DNA of 64,000 nt, from NCBI GenBank assembly GCA_963730185.1, contig CAVSQW010000006.1, positions 514,050 to 578,049 on the forward strand. The letters run 5' to 3'. Under the pieces are notes generated by a model. It was not told the DNA's origin, searched no databases, and worked only from the letters and a program-made list of their open reading frames with translations. Within the stretch, counting starts at the first letter, position 1, and every line of letters begins with the position of its first letter. This document shows positions 21,701 through 32,422 of the stretch, piece by piece. Origin of the DNA: an uncultured Gemmatimonadales bacterium. Lineage in GTDB: Bacteria > Gemmatimonadota > Gemmatimonadetes > Gemmatimonadales > GWC2-71-9. The position numbers and the translations under genes are program-made.

Positions 21701-21784
21701 GGCCGGCGGAGCGGTCCCCAGCGCCGCCGGAAAGGCTGGCGGCCGAGGCTGCCCGGGCTCCGCCTTCGCCGGACGAAGGCCTAG
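18705..21784 (+). CDS. RND efflux permease subunit 2, proton-relay residues degenerate (2 apparent frameshifts)
   Basis: GAAPEVVESYVTSPIEEAI, RING, TM4 GVLVQNGLVVVE; pieces join at ~20596 and ~20885; GTGA overlap with subunit 1. Confidence 0.88.
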
Positions 21785-21790
21785 GGTCGG

Positions 21791-22985
21791 CTACCTCGCC
21801 TCGACCAGCTCAGCCAACGCGGTCGCGACCGTCTCGACCTCCTCGCTGGTGTTGTAGTAGTGGGGTGAGAGTCGGACGGCGCCGGCCACGCCCTTCTCTT
21901 CGAAGTCGATCACCGCGTACTCGCGGAGCGAGACGTTGCCGTTGATCCGTCGCGCCCGCAGCCGGTCGACCAGGGCCGCGGGATCGTGCCCCCTGAAGGC
22001 CACGGTGACGATGGCACAGCGTTGCCCGCCGCGGTCGAGCACCCGGGCGCCGGGAAGGGCGGCCAACCGAGCCCGGAGCTCCTCTGCCCGGGCCCAGGCG
22101 AGCCGCTGGATTCGCTCCAGCCCGATCGCCGCCGCGTAGCGGGCGGCGGCCCCCATCCCGAGCACCAGGGCATACGGGCAGCTCCCACTCCTGGAAGCGC
22201 CGGGCGTCGGGAACCACCCGATACTCCGAGGCCCTGGTCCACTGGGCGCCCCGCATGTCGACGTGGAGCGGATGGTCGCCGCGGGCCAGGGCCCGATCGG
22301 ACACGTAGAGGAAGCCGATCCCGCGGGGGCCGCGGAGGAACTTCCGGCTGGTGGCCGACAGATAGTCGCAGTGAAGCGCCGCGACCGAGATCGGCAGCTG
22401 GCCGACCGCCTGACAGGCATCGACCAGGTAGGGAACGCCGGCGGCCTCCGCGACTCGGCCCACCGCCTCGAGCTCCTGGACCAGGCCCGAGTTGGTCGGA
22501 ATCCAGGTCATCGCCACCAGCCGGCACGGCCCCTGATCGAGAAGGGAGCGGACGTGATCGGGGTCGACCCCGCCCTCGGGCAGGTCATTCGCCCGGACCA
22601 CCTCGACCCCGTGCCGTCGGGCCAAGGCCAGGTACTGGATCTGGTTGGAGATGTAGTCCGCGCGAGAGGTGACGATCCGATCGCCCGGTCGGAAGTCGAA
22701 GGCACTGAGCGCCGCGACGAAGCCGGCCGTGGCGCTGGAGACCACGGCCACGTTACCACGGGGCGCCCCGACCAGGCCTGCCACGGCGCCGAGACCCTCG
22801 TCGATGGCCTCGGTCCGAAGGTCGGCGGCTTCGTACCCACCGATCTCCGCCTCGAGCCGGAGGTGAGCCTCGATCTCGGCCAGGACCGGGGCCGGCATCA
22901 GACCGGCGCCGGCGTTGTTGAAGTGGACTCGGTTCAGGACGCCGGGCGTCTCGGCCCGCCAGCGCTCGAGGTCGGGATCGGACAT
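21791..22985 (-). CDS. Aminotransferase class V-fold PLP enzyme (1 apparent frameshift ~22177)
   Basis: HFNNAGAG, LVDACQAVG, PLP-lysine motif SATSRKFLRGPRG, VRLSPHYYN. Confidence 0.88.
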
Positions 22986-23022
22986 CGGGGTGGGTCCTCG
23001 TGGGTGGTCGGTTCGATGGCGG

Positions 23023-23557
23023 TCAGCGGGTCCAGATCACGATCAAGCCACAGTATTGATCCCGGGCACCCGCGAACTCGGAGGGAATGGTGGCCGGGCC
23101 GGAGTAAATCTCCACGCCCTCGATCTCCTCCGGCGCGACGATGTCGAGCGAGGTGCTGCCCGGTTGGACCTGGCCGTCGATCGCGACCCGGAGCGACGCA
23201 GGGTACCACGATGTTGCTCGACCTCGATCGAGGGTAGCGCTCTCCGCGCCGGGCGTGAGCTCGATCCTGATCGGCTCCATGACCCGGAACCCCGATGCCG
23301 ACGATGGACGAACAGCCGATGGCCCGGACCAGGAGATGAACCGAGCCCACGGTGAGTCCCGGAATCGTGAACCGTCCGGCGGCATCGGTATGGGCCGGAG
23401 CCGCCGAATCCACGGTCACCAGCGCCCCCTCCACCGGCCGGCCGCCATCCCGTGACACCACGAGGCCGCGCAGCACCGCCTCGCCCTGGGCCGCCACGGG
23501 GCCGGCCCAGGCCAGAACCGCCAAGTTCACCAACGCAAGCAGTTGCAGTGGACGCAT
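23023..23557 (-). CDS. Small secreted carboxypeptidase-regulatory plus TonB-plug-like protein (frameshifted, possibly internally deleted)
   Basis: Signal peptide; GRPVEGALV..TDAAGRF; C-terminal IDG...EEIEGVEIY.GPATIP.EF...CGLIVIWTR. Confidence 0.6.
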
Positions 23558-23675
23558 GTTCGAACGCCTCCACGATCCCCCAAGCTACGGCCGGACTGGG
23601 CGGCCGGGAATTGACGCCGGCCACATCTAGGCGCAACGTTGCACGACGAACCTTCTCTCCCGAAACGAGCCCTCG

Positions 23676-26600
23676 ATGCGATCAGCCCTGAGCCGGGCGC
23701 TGGCCGGCCTGACCCTGTCCCTCGTCGCCGCGGTTCCGGCGGCCGCGCAGACCCTCCTCCTCCGCGAGCCGTCGGTCAGCGACCGGAACGTGGTCTTCGC
23801 CTACGCCAACAACATCTGGGTCACCGGCCGGGAGGGCGGCGACGCCCGGCGCCTCACCAGCTTCCAGGGCGAGACCTCGAACCCGAGGCTCTCCCCCGAC
23901 GGGAACTGGGTGGCGTTCAGCGGCCAGTACGGTGGCAACAGCGACGTCTACCTGGTGCCGGTCGAGGGCGGCGAGCCCAAGCGGCTCACCTGGCACGCGG
24001 CCGATGACGAGGTGGTTGGCTGGACGCCCGACGGGAAGAGCGTGGTCTTCGCCTCGGGGCGCACGTCCGCCCCGACCCCGGGGGTCACCAAGTTCTGGAC
24101 CGTGTCGGTCGACGGTGGCCTGCCCCAGGCGCTGGCCATCCCCCGCGGCTCCGAAGGCCACTTCAGCCCGGACGGCAAGCGGTTCGCCTATCGGATGACG
24201 AACTACTGGGATCCGGAGTGGCGGAACTACCGGGGCGGGCAGAACCGCCCCGTCTGGATCATGGACCTGGCCACCCGCGAGATCGAGTCGCCGCCCTGGA
24301 CCGACAGCAAGGACACCGAGCCAGTCTGGGCGGGCGACAAGGTCTTCTTCCTCTCGGATCGCGACTGGCTGGTGAACGTCTGGTCGTACGACACCCGGAC
24401 CAAGGCGCTCGCCCAGGTCACCCACTTCAAGGACTACGACATCAAGTCGCTCGAGTCGGGCGGCGGCGTGGTCGTCTTCGAGCAGGCCGGCCGGATCCAC
24501 CTGCTGGACCCGGCGACCGGGCAGCACCACCCGCTGAACATCACCGTCAGGGGCGACTTCCCCTGGATGACGCCCCAGTGGAAGGAGGTGAGCCGCTCGA
24601 TCCGGCAGGCGGCGCTTTCGCCGACGGGCAAGCGGGTGGCCTTCGAGGCCCGGGGCGAGATCTTCACGGTCCCGGCCGAGAAGGGCGACTGGCGGAACCT
24701 GACCCGGACGGCCGGCGTGGCCGAGCGGACGCCCGCCTGGTCGCCGGACGGTAAGTGGGTCTCCTGGTTCAGCGACGCCAGCGGCGAGTACAAGCTGGTG
24801 ATCGCCTCGCAGGACGGATCGAGCCCCCGGGAGATCACCCTCCCAACCCCGACCTTCTACTTCACGCCCCAGTGGTCGCCCGACTCGAAGAAGATTCTCT
24901 TCACCGACACCGGGCTCCGGCTCTGGTGGGTCGACGTCTCCAGCGGCAAGGCGACTCACGCCGACACCGACCAGTACATGGTCCCGGCCCGGACCATGAA
25001 CCCGGTCTGGAGCCCCGATTCCCGGTGGATCGCCTACACCAAGCGAAACGCGTCCCAGATCCACTCGGTCTTCGTCTACGACACCCGGTCGGGGCAGGTC
25101 CATCAGGTCACCGACGGCATGGCCGACGCCACCTCGCCGGCCTGGGACGGCTCGGGCAAGTACCTCTTCTTCCTGGCCTCCACCAACTTCGGTCTCAACA
25201 CCGGGTGGCTCGACATGTCGAGCTACGAGCGACCGGTGACCCGGGGTGTGTACCTGGCGGTGCTCGGGCAGAACGAGCCGTCGCCGCTCCTGCCGCGGAG
25301 TGACGAGGAGAGCGGGCAGGCGGGTGGACGGATGGGCGGGCCGAATGGGCCCAAGCCGGCCGACAGCGTCACCGTCGCGATCGACTTCGACGGGATCTCG
25401 GACCGGATCGTCGCGCTCGACTTGCCACTCCGCGATTACCAGGAGCTCCAGGCCGGCGCGGCGGGGACGATCTTCTTTACCGAGAACATTCCGGCGACCG
25501 GCGTCGACGCCGGCCCCCGGCCCGGCGACGCGCTCTATCGCTATCAGCTCTCCGAACGGAAGGCGATCCCGTTCGCCAGCAACGTCCAGACCTTCCTGGT
25601 GTCGGCCGACGGGAAGAAGCTCCTCTACCGCTCGCCGGGTCAGGCCGGGGCCTTCCATCTCGTCGACGCCGACAAGGGCCCGCCCGCGCCCAACGCCGGC
25701 CGCTTGAGCCTGGGCCTCCGGATGCTGGTGGACCCCAAGGCCGAATACGCCCAGATGTTCAGCGAGGGCTGGCGCTTCCAGCGGGACTTCCTCTACGTCC
25801 CCAACCTCCACGGCGCCGACTACGTCAAGACCAAAGCACTCTACGCCCCGTTCGTGCCGTTCGTGCGGCACCGGACCGACTTCAACTACCTGCTCGACGT
25901 CCTGGGCAGCGAGGTCGCGATCGGGCACTCGTTCGTTCGCGGCGGCGACATCCCCGACATTCCGCGCGCCAACGCCGGGATGCTGGGCGCCGACTTCGAG
26001 GTGGCCAACGGCCGCTACCGGATCACCAAGATCTACACCGGCGGCAACTGGAATCCCGGGATCGACGCGCCGCTCGGCGCCCCCGGCGTGGGCGTGAGCG
26101 TCGGCGACTACGTCTTGGCGATCAACGGCGCCGACCTGGCGGGCACCGACAACATCTACCGGCTGCTCGAGGGGACCGCCAACCGGCAGACCGAGCTGCT
26201 CGTCAATTCGACGCCGTCGGTGCAGAGCGCCCGCACCGTGACGGTGGTGCCGGTGGCGAGCGAGGTGCCGCTCCGAACGATGGATTGGGTCGAGGCCAAC
26301 CGCCGCAAGGTCGACTCGCTGAGCGGCGGCAAGCTCGGGTACGTGTATCTCCCGAACACCGGGCAGGGCGGGTACACCTTCTTCAACCGCTACTTTTTCC
26401 CTCAGCAGGACCGGCAGGGCATGGTGGTGGACGAGCGGTTCAACGGGGGCGGCTCCGCAGCCGACTACATCGTCAACGTGCTCAATCGGAAGCAGCTGGG
26501 CTACTTCAACAACCCGGTCGGCACCCGGACGCCGTTCAACCTGCCGGAGGCCGGCGTTTGGGGGCCGAAGGTGATGCTGATCAACGAGATGGCGGGGTCG

Positions 26601-26957
26601 GGCGGCGACCTGATGCCCTATCTCTTCAAGGAGATGAAGATCGGCCCGCTGGTCGGGAAGCGGACCTGGGGCGGCCTGGTCGGCACCTGGGACACGCCGC
26701 CGCTCATCGACGGCGGCATCATGATCGCGCCCCGGGGCGGCTTCTTCGACCTCGACGGACAGTGGGCGGTCGAGAACCAGGGCGTCGCCCCCGACATCGA
26801 CGTCGAAATGACCCCGAAGGACGTGATCGCCGGACGGGATCCGCAGCTCGAGCGCGGCGTCTCGGAGGCGATGCGGATGCTCAGGGAGAACCCCGTGGTG
26901 CTCAAGCCGGAGCCGGCTCCCCCGATCCGGTCGCGGCGCCCGGGATCCTCACGCTGA
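23676..26957 (+). CDS. Tricorn protease homolog (S41; PD40 propellers, PDZ)
   Basis: 1093 aa; repeated WSPDG/FSPDG, GHSF, DERFNGGG, catalytic GSGGD, GKRTWGG, ENQGVAPDI. Confidence 0.95.
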   Translation: MRSALSRALAGLTLSLVAAVPAAAQTLLLREPSVSDRNVVFAYANNIWVTGREGGDARRLTSFQGETSNPRLSPDGNWVAFSGQYGGNSDVYLVPVEGGEPKRLTWHAADDEVVGWTPDGKSVVFASGRTSAPTPGVTKFWTVSVDGGLPQALAIPRGSEGHFSPDGKRFAYRMTNYWDPEWRNYRGGQNRPVWIMDLATREIESPPWTDSKDTEPVWAGDKVFFLSDRDWLVNVWSYDTRTKALAQVTHFKDYDIKSLESGGGVVVFEQAGRIHLLDPATGQHHPLNITVRGDFPWMTPQWKEVSRSIRQAALSPTGKRVAFEARGEIFTVPAEKGDWRNLTRTAGVAERTPAWSPDGKWVSWFSDASGEYKLVIASQDGSSPREITLPTPTFYFTPQWSPDSKKILFTDTGLRLWWVDVSSGKATHADTDQYMVPARTMNPVWSPDSRWIAYTKRNASQIHSVFVYDTRSGQVHQVTDGMADATSPAWDGSGKYLFFLASTNFGLNTGWLDMSSYERPVTRGVYLAVLGQNEPSPLLPRSDEESGQAGGRMGGPNGPKPADSVTVAIDFDGISDRIVALDLPLRDYQELQAGAAGTIFFTENIPATGVDAGPRPGDALYRYQLSERKAIPFASNVQTFLVSADGKKLLYRSPGQAGAFHLVDADKGPPAPNAGRLSLGLRMLVDPKAEYAQMFSEGWRFQRDFLYVPNLHGADYVKTKALYAPFVPFVRHRTDFNYLLDVLGSEVAIGHSFVRGGDIPDIPRANAGMLGADFEVANGRYRITKIYTGGNWNPGIDAPLGAPGVGVSVGDYVLAINGADLAGTDNIYRLLEGTANRQTELLVNSTPSVQSARTVTVVPVASEVPLRTMDWVEANRRKVDSLSGGKLGYVYLPNTGQGGYTFFNRYFFPQQDRQGMVVDERFNGGGSAADYIVNVLNRKQLGYFNNPVGTRTPFNLPEAGVWGPKVMLINEMAGSGGDLMPYLFKEMKIGPLVGKRTWGGLVGTWDTPPLIDGGIMIAPRGGFFDLDGQWAVENQGVAPDIDVEMTPKDVIAGRDPQLERGVSEAMRMLRENPVVLKPEPAPPIRSRRPGSSR

Positions 26958-26976
26958 GCGGAAGGAGAGGACGATC

Positions 26977-27240
26977 GTGACCCAGTCCAATCTCGTGCGC
27001 GAAGCCCGGCTCAAGCCGGAGGCGGCCCACCTCTACCCCGGGCTCACGCCCGGGGTCTGGCTTCCGGCGTCGGAGGTCGGCGCCAAGCTGCTGCTGCAGC
27101 ATCTCAAGGCGTCGTTCGCCCCGAGCCTCGGAAGCCGGCTCCTGAACGAGGAGCACTTCGAGTTCCGGGGGGGCATCGACCGCGGGCGCGGAAACCCGCT
27201 CCGCACCCGCTATGGCGACGAGTCGATGATCCAGCACTGA
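26977..27240 (+). CDS. Small hypothetical protein
   Basis: AGGAGAGG RBS; GC3-biased codons; REARLKPE..LYPGL.PGVW...EEHFEFRGG. Confidence 0.75.
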   Translation: MTQSNLVREARLKPEAAHLYPGLTPGVWLPASEVGAKLLLQHLKASFAPSLGSRLLNEEHFEFRGGIDRGRGNPLRTRYGDESMIQH

Positions 27241-27253
27241 GCGCCGGAGCCGC

Positions 27254-27927
27254 CTAACGGCCGCGTCCGCCCCGCTCGCCTCGCTCTCCCCGCTCACCCC
27301 GGAGAATGCCGACCCGGCCTCGGAAGCTGGGGCCATAGTACCAGCTCGGGCCGTACCAGGCCCACGGCCCGGAGAACCAGGGGTCGTACCAACCGAGATA
27401 GGCCCGGGAATACCGTTCCGGGCTCACGGTGTAGTGCACCACGTCGTACTCGTACCGTCCATCCGCCGCGCGGTCGACGATCGCCAACAACGCCGCCTCT
27501 GGATCCTGCCCGGCCGTGCTGTCGTCCAGCGCGGTCAGGTCCCAGTGCCCGTTCCGCACCAGGTCGTCCATCTGGAACGGATGGGTCGACCAGGCCGCGA
27601 GCACCACGCCCGAACCGGCGCGGCTCCCCACGGTGAACGTCTCCCGGTCGCCGCGTCCGCGGATCTCCATCTCCTGGCCGCCATCGATCGCGGCGTCGTC
27701 ACGAGGATCCACGGGGAAGAGCACGCGGACGTTGCCGCGGTCCGTCATGCGGAGCACGAGCAGATAGCCGTCCTCGGCGACCTGAACCTTGACCTTGGCT
27801 CGGTCACCCGGGGAGTAGTGAGGCATCGTCATTGAGATTGAGCTTGACCGGCGGATCGGACGTCGGAAGACATAGCGGAATGCGCACTCGGCGCCAACAG
27901 GGAAAGGGCCAACGCTACGGTGAGCAT
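27254..27927 (-). CDS. DUF4384-like secreted protein (2 apparent frameshifts near the N-terminus)
   Basis: Signal MLTVALALSLLAP; DPPVKLNLN; YSPGDRAKVKV..EDGYLLVL...VRVLFP; Tyr/Trp/Gly-rich tail ending in RGE repeats. Confidence 0.65.
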
Positions 27928-28121
27928 AACGACCGGTGCCAGGTCATGTCCTGAGGTGTAGATGTCAAGTTCCATGCCCCCATCGCGCGCCGCCTAACTC
28001 CGGGCGCCGCAACGCGCTTCCAAAATCAGGCCCGAGCGCCGGAGCGTCCTCGTTCGGGGACAGGTGTCCCGTGCCGGCGATTCGTCCGACGGGACAGGCC
28101 GCCGGTTGCGGCGGCGATCGA

Positions 28122-28856
28122 TCAGCGGTTCGGAAGCCGAGCGGTCACCTGACCCGACGCATCGAGAAACTCCAGGCTCGCCCTTCCGAGCGAATCGACC
28201 GCGAGCCGGAGCCGAGGCCGGCCCTCCGGATCCGAGAGGTTGATGATGGCGGCCCGGCTCCGATCCCGTCCGACGTAGACTCGCTGGGCGAACATCGGCT
28301 TGCCGTCCACCGGCCCCATCAGCCGGGCGAGGGCCTCCTTCTTGGCGGGTCCGTCGGGCAGCTGGTCGATCGAGTCCTTCCTCATGACCAGATCGTAGAG
28401 CGGGGTCACGGCGCGATCGGCGACGGTGAGTCCCAGGCGGCGCTGCCCGTTGTCGTCGTTGTAGCTGAGGTAGAGCACCTGATCCTGGTCGAACTGATCG
28501 AAGGCGAGCTGCGAGCTCGCGTGATACGTCCCGTCAGGGTCCCGGCTCCCGCCGAAGGCCAGCCCCCCGTTCTCGGAGCCTTCGTCGTTGAAGAAGATGA
28601 TTCCCGGACGCCGCCCACCCGGGTAGCCGAACGGCTTGCCGTGGTAGATGGGCCCGATCGAGCGCGGGGTGTTGGAAATCACCATCCGGAGCTTGCCGTC
28701 GGGCTCGACCACGTTGATCCGCTGGACGTCGATCTCGTCGAAACGAGTCTTCCGGCTGGACTGGAAGGCGGAGAGAGCCGCGATCACGAGGAGCGGTGTG
28801 GTGACGAGCGCGTGGGCCCGGAGCACGCGGAGCTCGCGGCGAAGGCGACGGGACAT
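28122..28856 (-). CDS. Hypothetical membrane-anchored protein
   Basis: N-terminal TM segment; FDEIDVQRINVVEPDGKLRMVISN...LEFLDASG; coding-like codon usage. Confidence 0.75.
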   Translation of the reverse strand: MSRRLRRELRVLRAHALVTTPLLVIAALSAFQSSRKTRFDEIDVQRINVVEPDGKLRMVISNTPRSIGPIYHGKPFGYPGGRRPGIIFFNDEGSENGGLAFGGSRDPDGTYHASSQLAFDQFDQDQVLYLSYNDDNGQRRLGLTVADRAVTPLYDLVMRKDSIDQLPDGPAKKEALARLMGPVDGKPMFAQRVYVGRDRSRAAIINLSDPEGRPRLRLAVDSLGRASLEFLDASGQVTARLPNR

Positions 28857-28893
28857 GAGATACCTCGAGTGCTGGGGTCGCGAGATCGGAAGG

Positions 28894-30573
28894 TCAGTAG
28901 TTCCAGACCGCCGGATCGTCCCCGGCGGGCGCGTGCTCCCTCACGTACACCCCCATCCGACGCACCATCTCGGCCCAGGGGAACAGGTGCGAGCCGTGAC
29001 CGCGCTTGGGGCGGCCGTAGGCGAAGGTCGCCGGGTAGTCGGGATCGACCGACCGGAGCCACTCCTCCCACTCGTAGACGGCGAGGTTGAGGTAGAAGTC
29101 ATCCATGTCGCCCGCGAAGAAGTGGAGCTTGTCGCGGAGCTCGGGGCCGAGGGTTCGCCAGTGATCCGCGGCGTAAGCCCGGAGGTCGTAGCCGTGTTCC
29201 TTCCAGTAGGTGGCGACCTCTCGATCGATCGTGCCGGTGAGCTTGTTCCAGAGTGGCTGGGGATAGCCGTCGGGGTCGGTCGGGCCATAGATCGCGTCCC
29301 AGGCCTCGAGCTGATAGCCCGACCGGCCCCTCGTGCCCAGGACCTCCTCGAATCGGCTGAGCTGGCGGGTGGTCCACACCACCTGGCCCTCGACGGTCCG
29401 CCGGAAGGGGCGCTCCAGCGAGACGAACAGGCCGGCCGGCAGCGTGAAGGCGCTGGTGTCCTGGTAAATGTCGATCAGCTGGTCCTTCCGGAAGTCGATC
29501 GGATCGGGCTGCAACACCCAGGCGCCGCCGAAGACGTCGGGATGGCGGAGCTGGAGCGCCAGCGTCTGCCAGCCACCGGTCGACGCGCCTTCGAGGAGCC
29601 GGGCGTAGGGCTTCCCGATCAGCCGAAACCGGCGCTCCAGCTCGGGGATGACCTCCTCGACCATCGCGTCGCCGTAGGGACCGTTGTTGGCGGAGTTGAC
29701 CGAGTAGGAGTCCGGGAAGTATGGGGTCTGCTGCTGGAAGCTGACGGCCACGACCCGCGGCAACGAGTCGGAGGTCCAGGCCCGATAGAAGTCGTAACCC
29801 GTTTCCAGACCGCTCGCCGGATTGATCCGGCCCAGCCCCCGCACGCCGGCCGAGTCGGGGGAGAACCCGAACGGGACGTTGTGGCCCGATCGTGAAGACG
29901 ACGGGATAGCGGGCGTCGGGATGGTCGGCGTAACCCTTGGGCAGCAGGACGGTGGCGTGCACGTAGATCGGCCGCCCCCAGAAGCGGGTGAGCTTCTCGC
30001 TCTGGATGGTCACGTGCTTGACCCACTCCGTGTCCTCGGGCTTGGGCGAGGGCGGGATCACTCGGTCGACTACGAGCTTGACCGTGCCGCCCCGACCGAG
30101 CCGGACCGTGACCGGTTTGCTGTAGAGGTTGCCGGCCGCCACGCTGAAGAACTCCTGGGTGCCGTCGTTCATCGGCAGCCAGAGGGTGTGGCCGTCGGCG
30201 CGGTGAACCTCGTCGTAGACATTGACGACGGCCTGCACGGTGTACTCGACCGGGCGCGAGGTCGGCGAGCGGGGTGGGATAGCCGAGGGCCCGGCGGTCG
30301 ACGACGGCCGGCCTGACCGGCCACCTGGCCCTCGAGATCGACCGCAAAGAGGGCCGGCCCGCTGGGCGAGATCAGGAGACGCGGGCTCGGGCTCCGGCGC
30401 GGTTGAGAAACGGCGACGATGAGCCGGCCGGTGAGCGGTCCAGAGTGGGCCGAGGCCGGCACCGTCACTTCGAACCGAGGCGCCTGCTGGGCACCCAAAG
30501 GCGACAGCGGGAGGGCAAGGGCGGTCAGCCAGAGCAGTCGGCCCGAGACCGACGATCGAGTGTGATTGGTCAC
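28894..30573 (-). CDS. Secreted putative esterase (alpha/beta hydrolase; at least 3 apparent frameshifts)
   Basis: Signal peptide; VLLPKGY...YPVVF, DSYSVNSANNGPYGD, GASTGGW nucleophile elbow, GDMDD, HG. Confidence 0.8.
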
Positions 30574-30740
30574 GTGGACTGGTCCGCGATTCGAGGCGAC
30601 GAGGGACGCCGGAGGGGTATCCTGCCGCCGGGCAGGATCCCCCCGCCAATGTAGCCCGCACGCCACCGGGACGCGACGTGCGGGCCGCGGGCACCGCGAC
30701 GAAGGTCACCGGATCGGCCGGGGGCGGGGAGGTCGCCGAA

Positions 30741-32422
30741 TCAGCGGCCCGAGATTACGAACATCCGACCGGACCGGAAGCCGTTGACGTTGCTCCAGCT
30801 CGAGGTGAGCAGCAGGTCGACGACCCCATCGCCGTCGACGTCGCCGATGCCGGTCGCGTCGAAGCCGAGGGTTTCGCCGGGAACCCGCCCGGTGATGGTC
30901 CGCAGGAGGCTCCCGTCCTTGCCGGAGTAGAGATAGACCTTGCCGCCGGACGCCGCCGCTCCCGAGTACTGCCAGGCACCGACGACGAGATCGGCGTACC
31001 CATCCCGGTTCACGTCGCCGACGTCGGCCGAGCCGATCCCGAAGCCGTCGCCCGGGCCTTCGCCCGTGAAGGTGTAGAGCGGCCGGCCATCCTTGCCGGA
31101 ATAGACGTAGACCCGACCGGTCGACGGCCCCTTGGCCGCGTTGGTGAAGTCGGAGGCATAGACGTCGAGCACGTGGTCGCCGTTCACGTCACCCACCAGC
31201 GAGGTGAACATCCCGCCGAGCGCGACGCCGGTCGAATCAGCGTCGATCACGAATGCGAGCCGGCGGCCTCCGGGTTGGTAGGTGTAGACCCGACCCCGGC
31301 GGCGGGGCCCCGCGCCCGGCGCGCCGACGAGCAGGGGCGTCCCCTCCCCGTTTCGGGCTCCCGCCACGATGGTTCCGAACCCGTCACCCGGCTGTTCGCC
31401 GTCGAGGGTGAAGAGCCGGGCTGCCGTCCTTGCCCGAAAAAACGTAGACCTTCCCGGTCGCTTGCCCCTTCCCCCCGGCCCCCGGCGCCCCGACCACGAG
31501 GTCGGGCACGCCATCGCCGTTCTGATCGCCGGCACCCGCGGCCGAGGTGCCGAATCGCTCGTTCGGCGCGTCGGGGGCGAGGGTGAACAGCAGGCGGCCG
31601 TCGCGTCCCGAGAACACGTAGGCGTGATCGCCGCCCGGCGCGCCCGCGATCACGTCGCCGGCCCCGTCGCCGTTCACGTCGCCCGCGGCCTCGAGGCCGG
31701 TGCCCAGCCCTTCCTGGTCTTTGCCGGCCTGACTCCAGAGCAGTTGCCCGGAGCGTCCGGAGTAGACGTAGACCTTCCCCGGGCCCGAGGGTTGGCCGTT
31801 CGCTCCCCAGGTCGGCGCCGAGGTGACGAGGTCGCTCGCGCCGTCGCCGTCGACGTCGCCGATCCCGCGAGCGATCCAGCTGAACTGGTCGCCTTTTGCT
31901 TCCCCTCTCCACTCGTGGATCACGTGGACCGGCTCCACGAAGGGGTCGTCGAAATCGGCGGGCTTGAACGTGATGTCGTCGAGGCGTGGATCGCCTTCGA
32001 GACCGGCGAACGCGGGGGTGGCCCGGACCAGGTCCATGTCGAACGCCCCGGTGGCCTTGAGCCGAGCCAGGAGCTCGAACGCCTGGTCGGCCCGTCCCCG
32101 GCGGGCCTCGACCCCGGCCGCGCCGAAGAGCGCCTGGATTCGGCTCGGACGGGGCCGATCGATGGCGAGGTAGCCGGCCAGGGCCCGGTCGAGATCGCCC
32201 TTCTGGTCGTAGGCCCGCGCCAACAGCAAACGCCCGACGACGGCCGACGGGTTCTTGCGGAAGTACGTCTCCAGGGTCCGAATCGCCCCGTCGGCGTCGC
32301 CCGACCTGAGGGCGGCCTGCGCCGCGGAGACCTCGGCAGGCACGGGCGGGCCCTGCGCGGCGAGCGGCAGCGGCGGCGGGCAGGAGAGCGGCGAGCGAAA
32401 GCAGGACGACGACACGGATCAT
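30741..32422 (-). CDS. Secreted TPR plus FG-GAP (integrin-alpha-like beta-propeller) protein (2 apparent frameshifts)
   Basis: Multiple GD(V/Q)(D/N)(G/R)DG..D...GAP and GKVYVYSG repeats; N-terminal helical TPR-like region. Confidence 0.85.

Noticed and set aside
15604..21784. Programmed ribosomal frameshifting or phase variation in the RND genes
   Set aside because: No slippery heptamers or long homopolymers at the junctions; the same +1 pattern hits many unrelated genes.
27963..27979. sigma54- or sigma70-like promoter for the DUF4384 gene (minus strand GGGCATGGAACTTGACA)
   Set aside because: The -12 position is GA rather than GC, and the TTGACA has no credible -10 at 17 bp; too weak to call.
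28056..28096. Alternative hairpins GGGACA/TGTCCC/GGGACA as terminator or switch
   Set aside because: Short stems in GC-rich DNA, no U-tract, no supporting context.
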